Source: Candidatus Latescibacterota bacterium (GTDB taxonomy: Bacteria; Latescibacterota; UBA2968; GCA-2709665). Taken from it: a stretch of 64,000 bases of DNA. How positions within the stretch are numbered: the stretch's first letter is position 1; each line of letters begins with the position of its first letter. Where the stretch lies: positions 128,001-192,000 of the forward strand of contig CAXXJS010000028.1 of NCBI GenBank assembly GCA_963662665.2. Direction: 5' to 3'. Below the pieces are notes generated by a model. That model was not told the origin of the DNA. It saw only the letters and a list, made by a program, of their open reading frames with translations, and did no database searches. This document shows, piece after piece, positions 1 to 9,654 of the stretch. The position numbers and the translations under genes are program-made.

Positions 1-503
1 AGTCCGTTATTCAAAAAAACCTGAAAATGAATATGCGTTGCTCTGCCCGGATACCATCCCGGATAAACCGTTGTAAATGTGGCATCTCCAATCTCGTCGC
101 TCAACTGAATGCCCCTGCAGAAAGTCTGTCCGCTCGCATTTACACCGCCAGGTTGATTGGAAAATCCGGAATAAACCCCACGTGTATCGCAGTGCCACAC
201 ATCGACGCGAGCATTGACAACTGGCGTACACCCGGCATTTACATTCACCACATTCAAAGTCAGTTTAAGCGGCACACCCGTTATGTCTTCCGCAATATCC
301 TGTCGGAAATATTCGGGATTATCGCTTAGATTCAATGGAAAAGGTCCTGCTGTTTCTCGCGGTATCAGGATGCAGCTTCCCTCACCCAGCGCGGGATCTT
401 CACTGTCGAAGGCCGAATCCTCGCTGCAAGCCTCCATAATCAGGCCACCAGCGCCTATCAGACCAACGCCGCCCAGGCGTTTAAGAACGTCCCTTCGGTT
501 CAT
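1..503 (-). CDS. Tat-exported intradiol ring-cleavage dioxygenase-like protein (3' end runs off window)
   Basis: Not in ORF track. Manual translation from ATG at 503 (GGAG RBS upstream): MNRRDVLK twin-Arg signal, then ETAGPFP, VDVWHCD..GVYSG, RGIQ, TVYPGWYPGRATHIHF, the intradiol dioxygenase motifs. Confidence 0.88.
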   Translation of the reverse strand, partial: MNRRDVLKRLGGVGLIGAGGLIMEACSEDSAFDSEDPALGEGSCILIPRETAGPFPLNLSDNPEYFRQDIAEDITGVPLKLTLNVVNVNAGCTPVVNARVDVWHCDTRGVYSGFSNQPGGVNASGQTFCRGIQLSDEIGDATFTTVYPGWYPGRATHIHFQVFLNNG

Positions 504-587
504 TTATCTTCTCCAAAACAGAATCGGTTTCGCAGCACTGAAATTCATCAAACCGGGAAGGAGGACCGTGGGCTTGATCGTAAAAAC

Positions 588-624
588 AGAACCACCGGCC
601 TATTTCCGAGACCGGTGGTTCTTT
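588..624. terminator. Intrinsic terminator-like hairpin
   Basis: AGAACCACCGG...CCGGTGGTTCT inverted repeat with an A-run on the left (U-tract on the minus strand). Confidence 0.65.
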
Positions 625-632
625 GCGTTAAT

Positions 633-707
633 TTATCCCTTTGGTCGCCTTTGACCCTTAACGAATATGAGCCTCGGGCGGCGTCTTCGCCGTTTGATCT
701 GTGGCAC
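633..707 (-). CDS. Putative 24-aa Arg/Lys-rich small peptide
   Basis: GTG start with AGGGGG RBS; MPQIKRRRRRPRLIFVKGQRRPKG; followed directly by the hairpin at 588-624. Confidence 0.4.
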   Translation of the reverse strand: MPQIKRRRRRPRLIFVKGQRRPKG

Positions 708-1383
708 GATGACCACCCCCTTCTGAGTAAGAATATCGGTTTTATATATTTGATCGTTCTCCGTGAAGATTGGTTCCGGGAATCAACCTTGATTCGTAAT
801 TCTTCGGGGAAGTAAGACCGAATATATGCAAGTAGATTAAGGCGATTAGACTTCTGATTACCGGGATAAACCAGGTCACCGGACGTGAACTGAAAAAACG
901 TCCCTGTTTACGACCGTTACGCCCCGCTTCAGGGTTTTTCGTCTCGTTGCCGAGTTGCTGTTTTTTTCGAATTGGGGTTTATGGCGACCCGGTAAAGAGC
1001 TGTCAGCTATCAGTTTTTAGCTGTCGGCTAAACCCGACACGGTCTGGCGTTATCAATTCACGTCTATCAGCGCCTTGTCTTCGGCCACAATGACTCGGTC
1101 TCGCCTGCAGAGCGACTTTAACAACGGACTGTTAATGTGGGCGACTCCAAGAGGCGTCCCCGCGAATACGTGGTTGGCACATAATACGGCGATATCAATA
1201 TCGCGGATGGCGGCATTATTAGGGGCGGTTCCCGAACCGCCCGCAAAGCGCCGGCTTACCGCCCGGCGTCCCCGCAATGTAGTGTCAGACTGTAGCACGA
1301 ACTGGTAGTTCGCGGGTTATCGATGCGCGCGCGCTGATTGAAGGCACATCTGCAATCCGCCGATGGTGGAATCCCGCGCAAAC

Positions 1384-1499
1384 TGTCCATTTTCGGACAA
1401 TAGTGTATCATTATCGAACACTTGTTTAACAGTGTCGTTGGGCGATCATCTCACAAACAACTGTTATTTAGCAGTTTGAATCCATGGCACGATAATCGC
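1384..1499 (+). promoter_or_regulatory. Sigma54 promoter with tandem upstream activator sites
   Basis: TGTCCATTTTCGGACA (1384-1399), TGTATCATTATCGAACA (1404-1420), then TGGCAC-GATAA-TCGC (GG-N10-GC) at 1485-1499. Confidence 0.75.
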
Positions 1500-1582
1500 G
1501 AGTGGATAGAACGCCGGGAAGTCCGGCGATCCTCGTCCTTCGGTCCGGGGTGGTCTAAGGGAAATGCGTTGAGAGGGAATCG

Positions 1583-3946
1583 ATGTTCCGGAATTACCTG
1601 ATCGTTGCGTATCGCAATTTCATGCGGCTCAAGGTCTACTCCGTGATCAACGTGGTGGGCCTCTCGATCGGGATTGCGTTTTGTATTCTGACGTTCCTGT
1701 ACGTCCGGCACGAGTGGTCTTTTGACGCATTTCATGATAAGGCAGATCGGATATATCGCGTATATACGAAGGGAGAAGTGGGGGAAGGAAGTGTCGCCAT
1801 GGCGACGATGCCGGGACCTCTCGGCCCCGCGTTGGCGGAAGCATTTCCCGAACAAATGCAGCGGGTCGTAAGAATCCATACCCGGACTCGCACACTCCGG
1901 TATGAAGAACGTTCGCTTCGGGTACGTATTGCATATGTCGATCCGGGTTTTCGGGACGTCTTTACATTTCCCATGTTGAAAGGCGACCCGGAAACAGCGC
2001 TGGACGGCAAGGATGCCATCGTTATTACAGAGAAAACCGCTCGGAAATTCTTCGGTAGAGAAGATCCAATCGGTAAATCGATATCATTTACAAGAGATTC
2101 AGAAGTGCGTAAGGCGCTGATAACGGGCATCCTGAAAGATATTCCCGGGGTGTCCAGCATTCAGTTCGACTGTCTGCAGCCGTACGAGAATGTGGAGGAC
2201 GCGCTCAACACGTGGAATAAGACAAACAATACCAGCGTTTACGTGTTGCTGAACGAACAGGTCGATGTTGCGGCGTTGGAAGGCCTGTTTCCGCGTTTCG
2301 TTAAGTGGTCGTGGCCCATTATGGGCGAGAAGCAGGAGATGAAATTGCAGCCGCTTTCGGATGTGCGCTTCAGTCCGAAAATCCGTGGGCCCGAAACCGC
2401 CACGGACCGGGCATACAGTTACATCCTGTTGTGCGTTGCAGTTCTGATACTGTTTATCGCGTGCGTGAATTTTACGTCCCTCGCGCTGGCACGCTCGCCC
2501 TCCCGGGCGCGAGAGGTAGGCATACGCAAAGTAGCTGGTGCGCGCAGACTTCAGGTTATCGCGCAATTTCTGTCGGAGTCGATACTCCTGGGTCTTGTCG
2601 CGTTGGCGGTCGGCCTTGTGCTGGCAGAAGTACTGATGCCGTTGTTCAACCGCCTGATGGCGCAGGAACTTTCATTGGCTGAGAATCTGGATGGATCGGC
2701 AGTGGCCGCGTTGATCTGCATGGCCTTGATCGTGGGACTGTTTGCTGGCAGCTACCCGGCGTTTATCCTGTCCGGTTTTGTGCCGATTTATGTGCTCAAC
2801 GACCGATTGAGAATTGTCGGCGCAGGAGTTTTCAGCCGGTTTCTCCTGGTTTTTCAGATCGCGATGTCCGCGGCTCTGGTCATCTGTGCTCTGGTGGTGA
2901 CCCTTCAGCTCGACTATCTGCGGAACAAACCTCTCGGCTTTGACAGTGAACACCTGATTGGCGTCTGGCAAGCCGCCAAGCTCCGGGACCAGGGGAAAGA
3001 TGGCATTGAACCCTATCGGGACGCCCTCTTATCTCATCACGCGATTCTCGGCGTGACCGGAATGTTTCACCTGATGGACAACAGACAACAGTCGCGAGGT
3101 GGTGTGGCCCACGATGGAACAGACATCAAGGGCGTGGAGGTGTTTTACGTCGATTACGATTTTATTCCAACGCTGGATATCGAATTGATCGAGGGGCGGA
3201 ATTATTCACGAGGCCTTGAGACAGTCACTGCTGCGTCCGTGGTTATCAATGAGACGCTGGCCAGTCGGCTGGGGCCGGGGTCACCGATTGGAAAGACATT
3301 GAGATTTTTCGACGAAATGACGGTGATTGGGGTGGTGAACGATTTTCATTTTCGTTCGCTCCATCACAAGATCGGCCCCGCACTCCTGAAATGCGAGCCG
3401 GATTATCCATACGACCGACTGGTGGTTCGGGTTCGTCCCGACGATATCCCCGGCACCCTGGCATATATGAGAGATCGATGGGAAGCCGTGACAAAGTCCT
3501 CCGGATTCCACTATTTTTTTCTTGATGAGAGCATCGATCGCCAATACCGAACCGAAGAGCGACTCCATCGCATTGTCGGGTACGGCACGCTACTTGCCGT
3601 TTTTGTTGCGTGTCTGGGGGCGTTTGGATTGACGGCGTTTGCAGTAACGCGGCGAACGAAGGAGATCGGCATTCGCAAGATATCGGGCGCCAGTGTGACA
3701 GACGTCGTGGGTCTGCTGTCCCGTGAGTTAGTACTGTTGGTGGGGGCGGCGAATGCGATCGCGTGGCCGGTCGCATGGTGGGCGATGGATCGGTGGTTGC
3801 AGGATTTCGCGTATCGCATCGATCCGGGAGTCGGGACGTTCGTTGTGGGTGGTTTGCTGACGCTGGCGGTCGTGCTGCTGACGGTGATTACCCGGACGAT
3901 CCGGGCAGCCCGCGCGAATCCGGTGGATGCATTGCGGTATGAGTGA
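1583..3946 (+). CDS. MacB/FtsX-family ABC transporter permease (duplicated MacB_PCD+FtsX)
   Basis: 787 aa; MFRNYLIVAYRN start, two REVGIRK/KEIGIRK motifs, GVVNDFHFRSLH, C-terminal ANPVDALRYE. Confidence 0.93.
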   Translation: MFRNYLIVAYRNFMRLKVYSVINVVGLSIGIAFCILTFLYVRHEWSFDAFHDKADRIYRVYTKGEVGEGSVAMATMPGPLGPALAEAFPEQMQRVVRIHTRTRTLRYEERSLRVRIAYVDPGFRDVFTFPMLKGDPETALDGKDAIVITEKTARKFFGREDPIGKSISFTRDSEVRKALITGILKDIPGVSSIQFDCLQPYENVEDALNTWNKTNNTSVYVLLNEQVDVAALEGLFPRFVKWSWPIMGEKQEMKLQPLSDVRFSPKIRGPETATDRAYSYILLCVAVLILFIACVNFTSLALARSPSRAREVGIRKVAGARRLQVIAQFLSESILLGLVALAVGLVLAEVLMPLFNRLMAQELSLAENLDGSAVAALICMALIVGLFAGSYPAFILSGFVPIYVLNDRLRIVGAGVFSRFLLVFQIAMSAALVICALVVTLQLDYLRNKPLGFDSEHLIGVWQAAKLRDQGKDGIEPYRDALLSHHAILGVTGMFHLMDNRQQSRGGVAHDGTDIKGVEVFYVDYDFIPTLDIELIEGRNYSRGLETVTAASVVINETLASRLGPGSPIGKTLRFFDEMTVIGVVNDFHFRSLHHKIGPALLKCEPDYPYDRLVVRVRPDDIPGTLAYMRDRWEAVTKSSGFHYFFLDESIDRQYRTEERLHRIVGYGTLLAVFVACLGAFGLTAFAVTRRTKEIGIRKISGASVTDVVGLLSRELVLLVGAANAIAWPVAWWAMDRWLQDFAYRIDPGVGTFVVGGLLTLAVVLLTVITRTIRAARANPVDALRYE

Positions 3947-3951
3947 AGTCA

Positions 3952-4240
3952 GGCAGACAGGAATGTCTGCCCCACCCTCACACGGGCTTCCTCAGCATGA
4001 CAGCCAGAGCGGACAAGTGCCGGACGCATTTCGACGATGGCTATTGAAAGATGTCATTCTCCGAAGAATCTCCCGTCAGTTCAATTCTGCATAAGGCGGA
4101 ATCCCGGGTAAACAGTTTGCGCGGACACATTGCCAGCCCTGGGCTTCCTCAGGATGACCGTTTAAGCGCACGTGTCTCTGATACACTTCACAGAGTGTTG
4201 TCGCCGAACATGTCATTCTGAGCGGAGCGAAGAATCTCCC
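3952..4240. repeat. Cluster of REP-like palindromes
   Basis: GGCAGACAGGAATGTCTGCC (3952-3971); TGTCATTCTGAGCGGAGCGAAGAATCT (from 4211) and degenerate CTCAGCATGACA/CTCAGGATGAC copies. Confidence 0.7.
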
Positions 4241-4358
4241 GTCTGCTCGGCTGTCCAGTCGCCGGAAACCTGAGTCAACACATATGCGCGGACACATCGT
4301 CATGCCGACATCCTGCGATCCCGAGTGTTCTCAGGGAGATTGCGTTGAGAGGTGATCC

Positions 4359-6698
4359 ATGTTTCGAAATTACCTGATCGTTGCGTATCGCAATCTCATG
4401 CGGCACAAGGTCTACTCCGTGATCAACGTGGTGGGCCTCTCGATCGGAATTGCGTTTTGCATTCTGACGTTCCTGTACGTCCGGCACGAGTGGACGTACG
4501 ATGCATTCCATGAAAACGCGAAGCGGATTTACAGGGTCTACCTCCAGGATCGTACGAGCGCGAGCGGCATGACGCCGGATCCGCTGGGGCCGGCGCTGGA
4601 AGCGGCGTTTCCGGACGTTCGAACCGTCAGATTTGGCTGGGGCGCTTCCTCTGCGAAGTTTCAGGACCGGACCATACGCGGTAGCTTTAACTTTGCCGAT
4701 CCGGCGATTCTGGAAGTGTTCACTTTTCCGCTGCTGAAGGGAGATCCGGTGACCGTGCTGGAAGATCCGTCCTCTCTTGTGATCTCCGACGAGGCAGCTC
4801 GGAAATACTTTGGACATGAAGATCCCATCGGCAAAGTCCTTTCAGTGAAACTTTGGGGGCCACCGGCGGTGGACCGGGATTTCGTAATCACCGGGATTGC
4901 GAAATCCATTCCCAAGAATTCCAGCATCCGATTCGATTTTCTGGCTCCGTTTGCCGCCAGGGGCCAGGCGAGAAGTTGGTCAGTGAGAGCGATCCACACC
5001 TTCGTATTGCTACCGGAAAACCAACGTCCGGCAGAAGTCAAGGGTCGGTTTTCGAAGTTTCTAAAGTCCAGGCGGGGAGAACTGTGGGACGAGTCAATCG
5101 GCCTTCAACCACTTCTTGATATGCATCTCGGACGGGGTATACCGGGCCTCTGGGGAGCAGGCAATCCGGTATTTTCCTATATTCTTCTCGGAATCGCTCT
5201 GCTCGTGTTGGCGAATGCCTGCGTGAACTTCATAACCCTTGCCGTCGGCCGGTCATTCTCCCGCGACCGCGAGATTGCGATGCGAAAAACGGCCGGTGCG
5301 TCTCGGCCGCAGTTGATGATGCAGTTTCTTGGAGAGTCGATGCTATTGAGCGTGATCGCTATGATAGCCGGGGTCGGTCTGGCAGAGCTTCTCCTGCCCG
5401 TTTTCAACGATCTGTTACGAAAAGATCTCGCCCTTGGCGATCAGGCGGACGGAGTGGGGCTGGCGTTTTTATTGGGACTGGCGGCGGCCGTTGGGGTGGC
5501 AGCCGGCGGCTATCCGGCCTTGGTATTGTCCGGGTTTCATCCCATTGCAGTGTGGAATAGACGGCTCAGACTGGGAGCGTCCAGCCTGTTCGGACGGGCG
5601 CTGGTGGTTTTCCAGTTTGCCTTGTCGGTATTCCTGGTTGTTAGCACGTTTCTTATGATACGGCAACTGGAGCACCTGAGGACGAAACCGCTGGGCTTTG
5701 AGAGTGATCACGTCCTGCGAATCCGGGCATGGGACCTTTGGATGCGAGATACAGGCCTGGTCGGGGTGTACCGAAACGAGTTGATACGACACCATACAAT
5801 TCTGGGTGTGACGACAACCAGTCACGCGCTGAGCAACAGGACGAGGTACTCCCACACGGTTGAGCATAAAGGAAATGAAATCGACGTCGGACTCGTGGAT
5901 GTTGGCTACGACTTTCTACGGACTATGGGTGTGTCCCTTGTGGAAGGATCGGACTTCGATCCGCAAAGTACGGGTTCACAGTCTTCGATTCTCGTGAATG
6001 AGGCACTGGTCCGCCACCTGGGCTGGGATCATCCGGTAGTGGGCAGAATGCTGCGAATGGAAGAGCGGGATGTGACGGTAGCCGGCGTGGTAAAGGATTT
6101 CCATGTTCGCTCGCTGCACCACACGGTCCGGCCGGCGGTACTGAGGTTTACCTTGAACGAACATGGCAACGTGCTGGTCAGGATCCGACCGGAAAATATC
6201 TCCGGCACGCTGGCCTTCGTTAAGGAGAAGTGGCTTGAAGTCGCTCCGGACCTTCCGTTTCAGTATTCATTTCTGGACGACGAAGTGGACGGACAATACA
6301 GGAGGGAGGAGCGCTGGAACCGGATTGTCATGTATTCTGCATTGCTCGCGGTTCTGATCGCCTGTCTCGGGGCGTACGGGCTCACGGCCCTCTCCGTTGC
6401 GCGCCGGACCAGGGAGATTGGCATCCGCAAGGTCCTTGGCGCCCGTGGATCGGGAATCGTCTCCCTCTTGTCCAGGGTTTTCGTAAAGCTCGTGGTCATT
6501 GCAAGTCTGATTGCCTGGCCGGTGGCGTACTATGCGTCGCAGCGGTGGTTGCAGGATTTCGCGTATCGGATAGAACCGGGCATCGGCGCGTTTGTATTGG
6601 GTGGGATATTGATGCTGGCGGTCGTGTCGCTGACGGTGAGCGTCCAGGCCATCCGGGCGGCGTGGGCGAATCCGGTGGACGCGCTGCGTACGGAGTGA
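4359..6698 (+). CDS. MacB/FtsX-family ABC transporter permease (paralog 2)
   Basis: 779 aa; same architecture as 1583-3946, ends ANPVDALRTE. Confidence 0.93.
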   Translation: MFRNYLIVAYRNLMRHKVYSVINVVGLSIGIAFCILTFLYVRHEWTYDAFHENAKRIYRVYLQDRTSASGMTPDPLGPALEAAFPDVRTVRFGWGASSAKFQDRTIRGSFNFADPAILEVFTFPLLKGDPVTVLEDPSSLVISDEAARKYFGHEDPIGKVLSVKLWGPPAVDRDFVITGIAKSIPKNSSIRFDFLAPFAARGQARSWSVRAIHTFVLLPENQRPAEVKGRFSKFLKSRRGELWDESIGLQPLLDMHLGRGIPGLWGAGNPVFSYILLGIALLVLANACVNFITLAVGRSFSRDREIAMRKTAGASRPQLMMQFLGESMLLSVIAMIAGVGLAELLLPVFNDLLRKDLALGDQADGVGLAFLLGLAAAVGVAAGGYPALVLSGFHPIAVWNRRLRLGASSLFGRALVVFQFALSVFLVVSTFLMIRQLEHLRTKPLGFESDHVLRIRAWDLWMRDTGLVGVYRNELIRHHTILGVTTTSHALSNRTRYSHTVEHKGNEIDVGLVDVGYDFLRTMGVSLVEGSDFDPQSTGSQSSILVNEALVRHLGWDHPVVGRMLRMEERDVTVAGVVKDFHVRSLHHTVRPAVLRFTLNEHGNVLVRIRPENISGTLAFVKEKWLEVAPDLPFQYSFLDDEVDGQYRREERWNRIVMYSALLAVLIACLGAYGLTALSVARRTREIGIRKVLGARGSGIVSLLSRVFVKLVVIASLIAWPVAYYASQRWLQDFAYRIEPGIGAFVLGGILMLAVVSLTVSVQAIRAAWANPVDALRTE

Positions 6699-6817
6699 AG
6701 AGACTTGCCGTGCCCATGTATTGAGGCTGTCGCCCTCCCCAGCCTGGCAATCGGGGTTGTACCGAGGGGCGCAGGCTGCCAAGGTTGGACTTTTCCCGGT
6801 TGTGACATTGCCCCAAG

Positions 6818-6934
6818 TGTGCGTTTTCGGACATGTGTGTATCGAAATCGAACACTTTATTGTCGTTTGCTTGAAAGCGATTTCACATAGGTCTTTAAAA
6901 AATAACAATAAATAATCATTGGCACGGTTGTCGC
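6818..6934 (+). promoter_or_regulatory. Sigma54 promoter with tandem upstream activator sites
   Basis: TGTGCGTTTTCGGACA (6818-6833), TGTATCGAAATCGAACA (6838-6854), AT-rich spacer, TGGCAC-GGTTG-TCGC at 6920-6934; geometry matches 1384-1499. Confidence 0.75.
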
Positions 6935-6985
6935 TACGCGTGTTCAAAGGCACGGTACTTTGCAGGCATTCGACTTGAATAGGGA

Positions 6986-7618
6986 GTGGGCTCCATTGTG
7001 CTGAAAAAGAAAACTGAATGCACGCCGCTGCAGTGCGCCCCCGAGTCCGACGCGGCGCTGATCGATCGGGCGCTTGCGGGCGATGAGGGGGCCTATACGT
7101 ACCTTTACAGGGCGCATCGCGACCGTGTGCGCGCACTTGTACACCAATGTGCGAGGAGCGTGGATGAGACCGAAGACCTGGTTCAATTGGTCTTTATCAA
7201 GGCCTTTTTGGGGTTGGCCGGATTTCGCGGACAGGCCGCTTTCTCCACGTGGCTGACACGAATCGCGATGAACGTGTGCACGTCCCATTCACTGTCCATG
7301 AGAAAGCGGAAGAACTGGTTAAGTGACGTCGAGGGTGCGGCGCCAGCGCTCCAGTCGCGCTGGTACGCGTCGCCTGACGAAGGTCCCGAGGCCGCTTTGG
7401 CGCGAAAGGAGCGCCGGCAAATTGTGATGCAGAGCATCCGGGCGCTGCCGGAACGGCATCGGGAGGCGGTCTGTCTGCATTATCTTATGGAACGGTCCTA
7501 CGATGAGATCGTCGAGCAACTGCAGGTGCCGATGGGGACCCTGAAAGTCTGGCTGTACAGGGGGCGCCACGGGTTGAGGCGGAAGGTCGAACGGCTGGGG
7601 ATAACGGGAAGCACATAG
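6986..7618 (+). CDS. ECF-family sigma-70 factor
   Basis: Region 2 (EDLVQLVFIKAF..FRGQAAFSTWLTRIAMN) and region 4 (LPERHREAV..SYDEI..GTLKVWLYRGR). Start may be GTG at 6998. Confidence 0.92.
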   Translation: MGSIVLKKKTECTPLQCAPESDAALIDRALAGDEGAYTYLYRAHRDRVRALVHQCARSVDETEDLVQLVFIKAFLGLAGFRGQAAFSTWLTRIAMNVCTSHSLSMRKRKNWLSDVEGAAPALQSRWYASPDEGPEAALARKERRQIVMQSIRALPERHREAVCLHYLMERSYDEIVEQLQVPMGTLKVWLYRGRHGLRRKVERLGITGST

Positions 7619-7680
7619 GTACGGCAAGGAAACGACTCAGGATCGTCGGTTTTCGACGTCTCGAACGTCGTTAAGGAAAG

Positions 7681-9126
7681 ATGATGGAAGAGCAAAAACC
7701 AAAGAAGGAAGAGGGACGCGTGTTGCGGTTGAATCGAGCGGGTACGGCGTCTGATCGGCAGGCTTCCGATCGGGAGGCGTCTCAAGGTCCGGCGGACTCC
7801 GTTGGCGGAGATAAACCGGTTCCCGGGTTTGTGAATCCCGGTACTTCCGCGTCTGTACGGGAGACACCAACCGAGGGCATGGACCGCAGGATCCGGAAGA
7901 AGCTGTGGACGCCGAAGCGCATCATCAGTTTCGCCGCGATCGCAGGCTTTGTGGGCTTGGTGGTCTACATGGCCATATTCGGCGACCACAGCGCCAGGCT
8001 CAACGTGCAGGTCGAGCGAATCACGATATCTGAAGTCACCATCGGTCCCTTCCAGGAGTTCATCCCCCAGCGCGGCACGGTGATGCCCATTCAGACCCAC
8101 TATCTGGACGCGCTGGAAGGCGGGCAGGTGGAGGAGATTTTCCTTGAAGTGGGGGCGATGGTCGAACGGGGTACGCCAATCCTGCGGATGTCGAACCCCA
8201 CGCTTGAACAGACCGTATTGAGCCAGGAAGCCCAGTTGTTCGAGCAGATCAACAGAATGGAAAACACACGGTTGAACCAGGAAATCCAGGATATCCAGCG
8301 AAAACGCTCACTGATGGACATCGAACTGGAACTGCAAAGGTCGGAACGCGAATTTCTGAGGCAGAAAGCGCTATTCGAACGAAATTTCACGTCTCGAGAA
8401 AAATTCCTTTCGGCAGAAGACAGTTACAATCATGCCCAAAAGCTCAGGGTATTTATGCTGGAGACGGTCAGACGCGACTCACTGTATCGAATCAATGAAC
8501 TGGCTGCCCTGCAGAAGCGCGCGCGCAGCCTGCAGCTTCAACTGGATGACGTGCGCCGTCCATTGAGAAACCTGACCGTGCGTGCGCCGATCGACGGTCA
8601 ATTGTCCCAGCTCAACGCCGAAATCGGCAAGTTGATCGCGAAGGGGACCAGCATCGGCCAGATCGACGTTCTGGACGCCTACAAGATGCGTGCGGCCATC
8701 GATGAATTCTACATTACGAGAATTACAGCGGGACTCAGAGGGACGATTGAAATCGACGAACAGACATTCGAATTGAAAATCCGCCGGGTTTTTCCCGAGG
8801 TAAGGGAGGGGCAGTTCGAGGTAGACATGGATTTCACAGGCGATGCGCCGCGAAGCATCCGCCGCGGGCAGACCGAGCAGATTCGACTGGAGCTGGACGC
8901 GCCCGAAGAAGCGTTGCTGTTGCCGAGGGGCGGTTTCTATCAGACCACCGGCGGCAACTGGGTCTTCGTGGTGGAGGGCGACCTGGCCGTACGGCGCGAC
9001 GTCCGCATCGGACGCCAGAATCCGGAGTATTTCGAAGTGCTCGAGGGACTGGCTCCGGGAGAACGCGTTGTGACGTCGTCATACGAAAATTATGAGGATA
9101 TAGATAAGCTGGTATTAAATCGGTGA
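7681..9126 (+). CDS. Efflux periplasmic adaptor (HlyD/MacA-like membrane fusion protein)
   Basis: One TM segment, lipoyl halves (GGQVEEIFLEVG; VRAPIDG), long coiled coil, IGRQNPEYFEVLEGL. True start may be the internal MDRRIRKK. Confidence 0.9.
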   Translation: MMEEQKPKKEEGRVLRLNRAGTASDRQASDREASQGPADSVGGDKPVPGFVNPGTSASVRETPTEGMDRRIRKKLWTPKRIISFAAIAGFVGLVVYMAIFGDHSARLNVQVERITISEVTIGPFQEFIPQRGTVMPIQTHYLDALEGGQVEEIFLEVGAMVERGTPILRMSNPTLEQTVLSQEAQLFEQINRMENTRLNQEIQDIQRKRSLMDIELELQRSEREFLRQKALFERNFTSREKFLSAEDSYNHAQKLRVFMLETVRRDSLYRINELAALQKRARSLQLQLDDVRRPLRNLTVRAPIDGQLSQLNAEIGKLIAKGTSIGQIDVLDAYKMRAAIDEFYITRITAGLRGTIEIDEQTFELKIRRVFPEVREGQFEVDMDFTGDAPRSIRRGQTEQIRLELDAPEEALLLPRGGFYQTTGGNWVFVVEGDLAVRRDVRIGRQNPEYFEVLEGLAPGERVVTSSYENYEDIDKLVLNR

Positions 9127-9129
9127 GAA

Positions 9130-9237
9130 GTGAGCCGGGAGACGGGAGAAGAAAAACCTGAAAGCGGGGAGCCGTGAGCCGGGAGACGGGAGAAGAAAAA
9201 CCTGAAAGCGGGGAGCCGTGAGCCGGGAGACGGGAGA
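9130..9237 (+). repeat. About 2.5 tandem copies of a 44-bp heptamer-built unit
   Basis: GTGAGCCGGGAGACGGGAGAAGAAAAACCTGAAAGCGGGGAGCC at 9130 and 9174, partial at 9218. Confidence 0.9.
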
Positions 9238-9294
9238 GGAAAGACCTTGCCACCTGATGCGGCGCCAAACCCTTATAGGATAGGTACAAACACG

Positions 9295-9654
9295 ATGATG
9301 GAACTCAGCCACAAGAAGCTTGTAGTATGGAAAAAGAGCATCGAACTGGTGAACGAGATATATACCCTGACCGCCAAGTTTCCTTCCGCCGAGCTCCATG
9401 GCATTACCAGCCAGCTACGGCGATCTGCTGTCTCAATACCGTCTAACATCGCCGAGGGATCAGCAAGAACTTCGAATACTGAACGCAGAAGATTTCTCGA
9501 AATAGCCAGGAGTTCGTTGGTTGAGTTGGATACTCAACTTGAAATAGCACTAAACCTCCAATTGTGTTCGGACGACGACGTTCAGTCAATATCAGAAACG
9601 ATGAATCGATTGTTTGGTTTGCTGTCAGGATTGATTAGTAGAGTTTCCTCGTAA
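9295..9654 (+). CDS. Four-helix-bundle protein (23S rRNA IVP/Avd-like family)
   Basis: 119 aa; LVVWKKS..FP..E..GITSQLRRSAVSIPSNIAEG..RRFLEIARSSLVELDTQL. Confidence 0.93.
   Translation: MMELSHKKLVVWKKSIELVNEIYTLTAKFPSAELHGITSQLRRSAVSIPSNIAEGSARTSNTERRRFLEIARSSLVELDTQLEIALNLQLCSDDDVQSISETMNRLFGLLSGLISRVSS

Noticed and set aside
1053-1308. Small ORFs on both strands upstream of the first permease
   Set aside because: No RBS or motif support; treated as intergenic.
6948-6964. Second sigma54 promoter AGGCACGGTACTTTGC
   Set aside because: GG-GC spacing is 11, not the required 10.
9130-9237. CRISPR array
   Set aside because: Units are contiguous with no unique spacers and there are no cas genes.
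9295-9654. Diversity-generating retroelement (Avd-like gene)
   Set aside because: No reverse transcriptase and no repeat pair differing only at adenines seen in the window.
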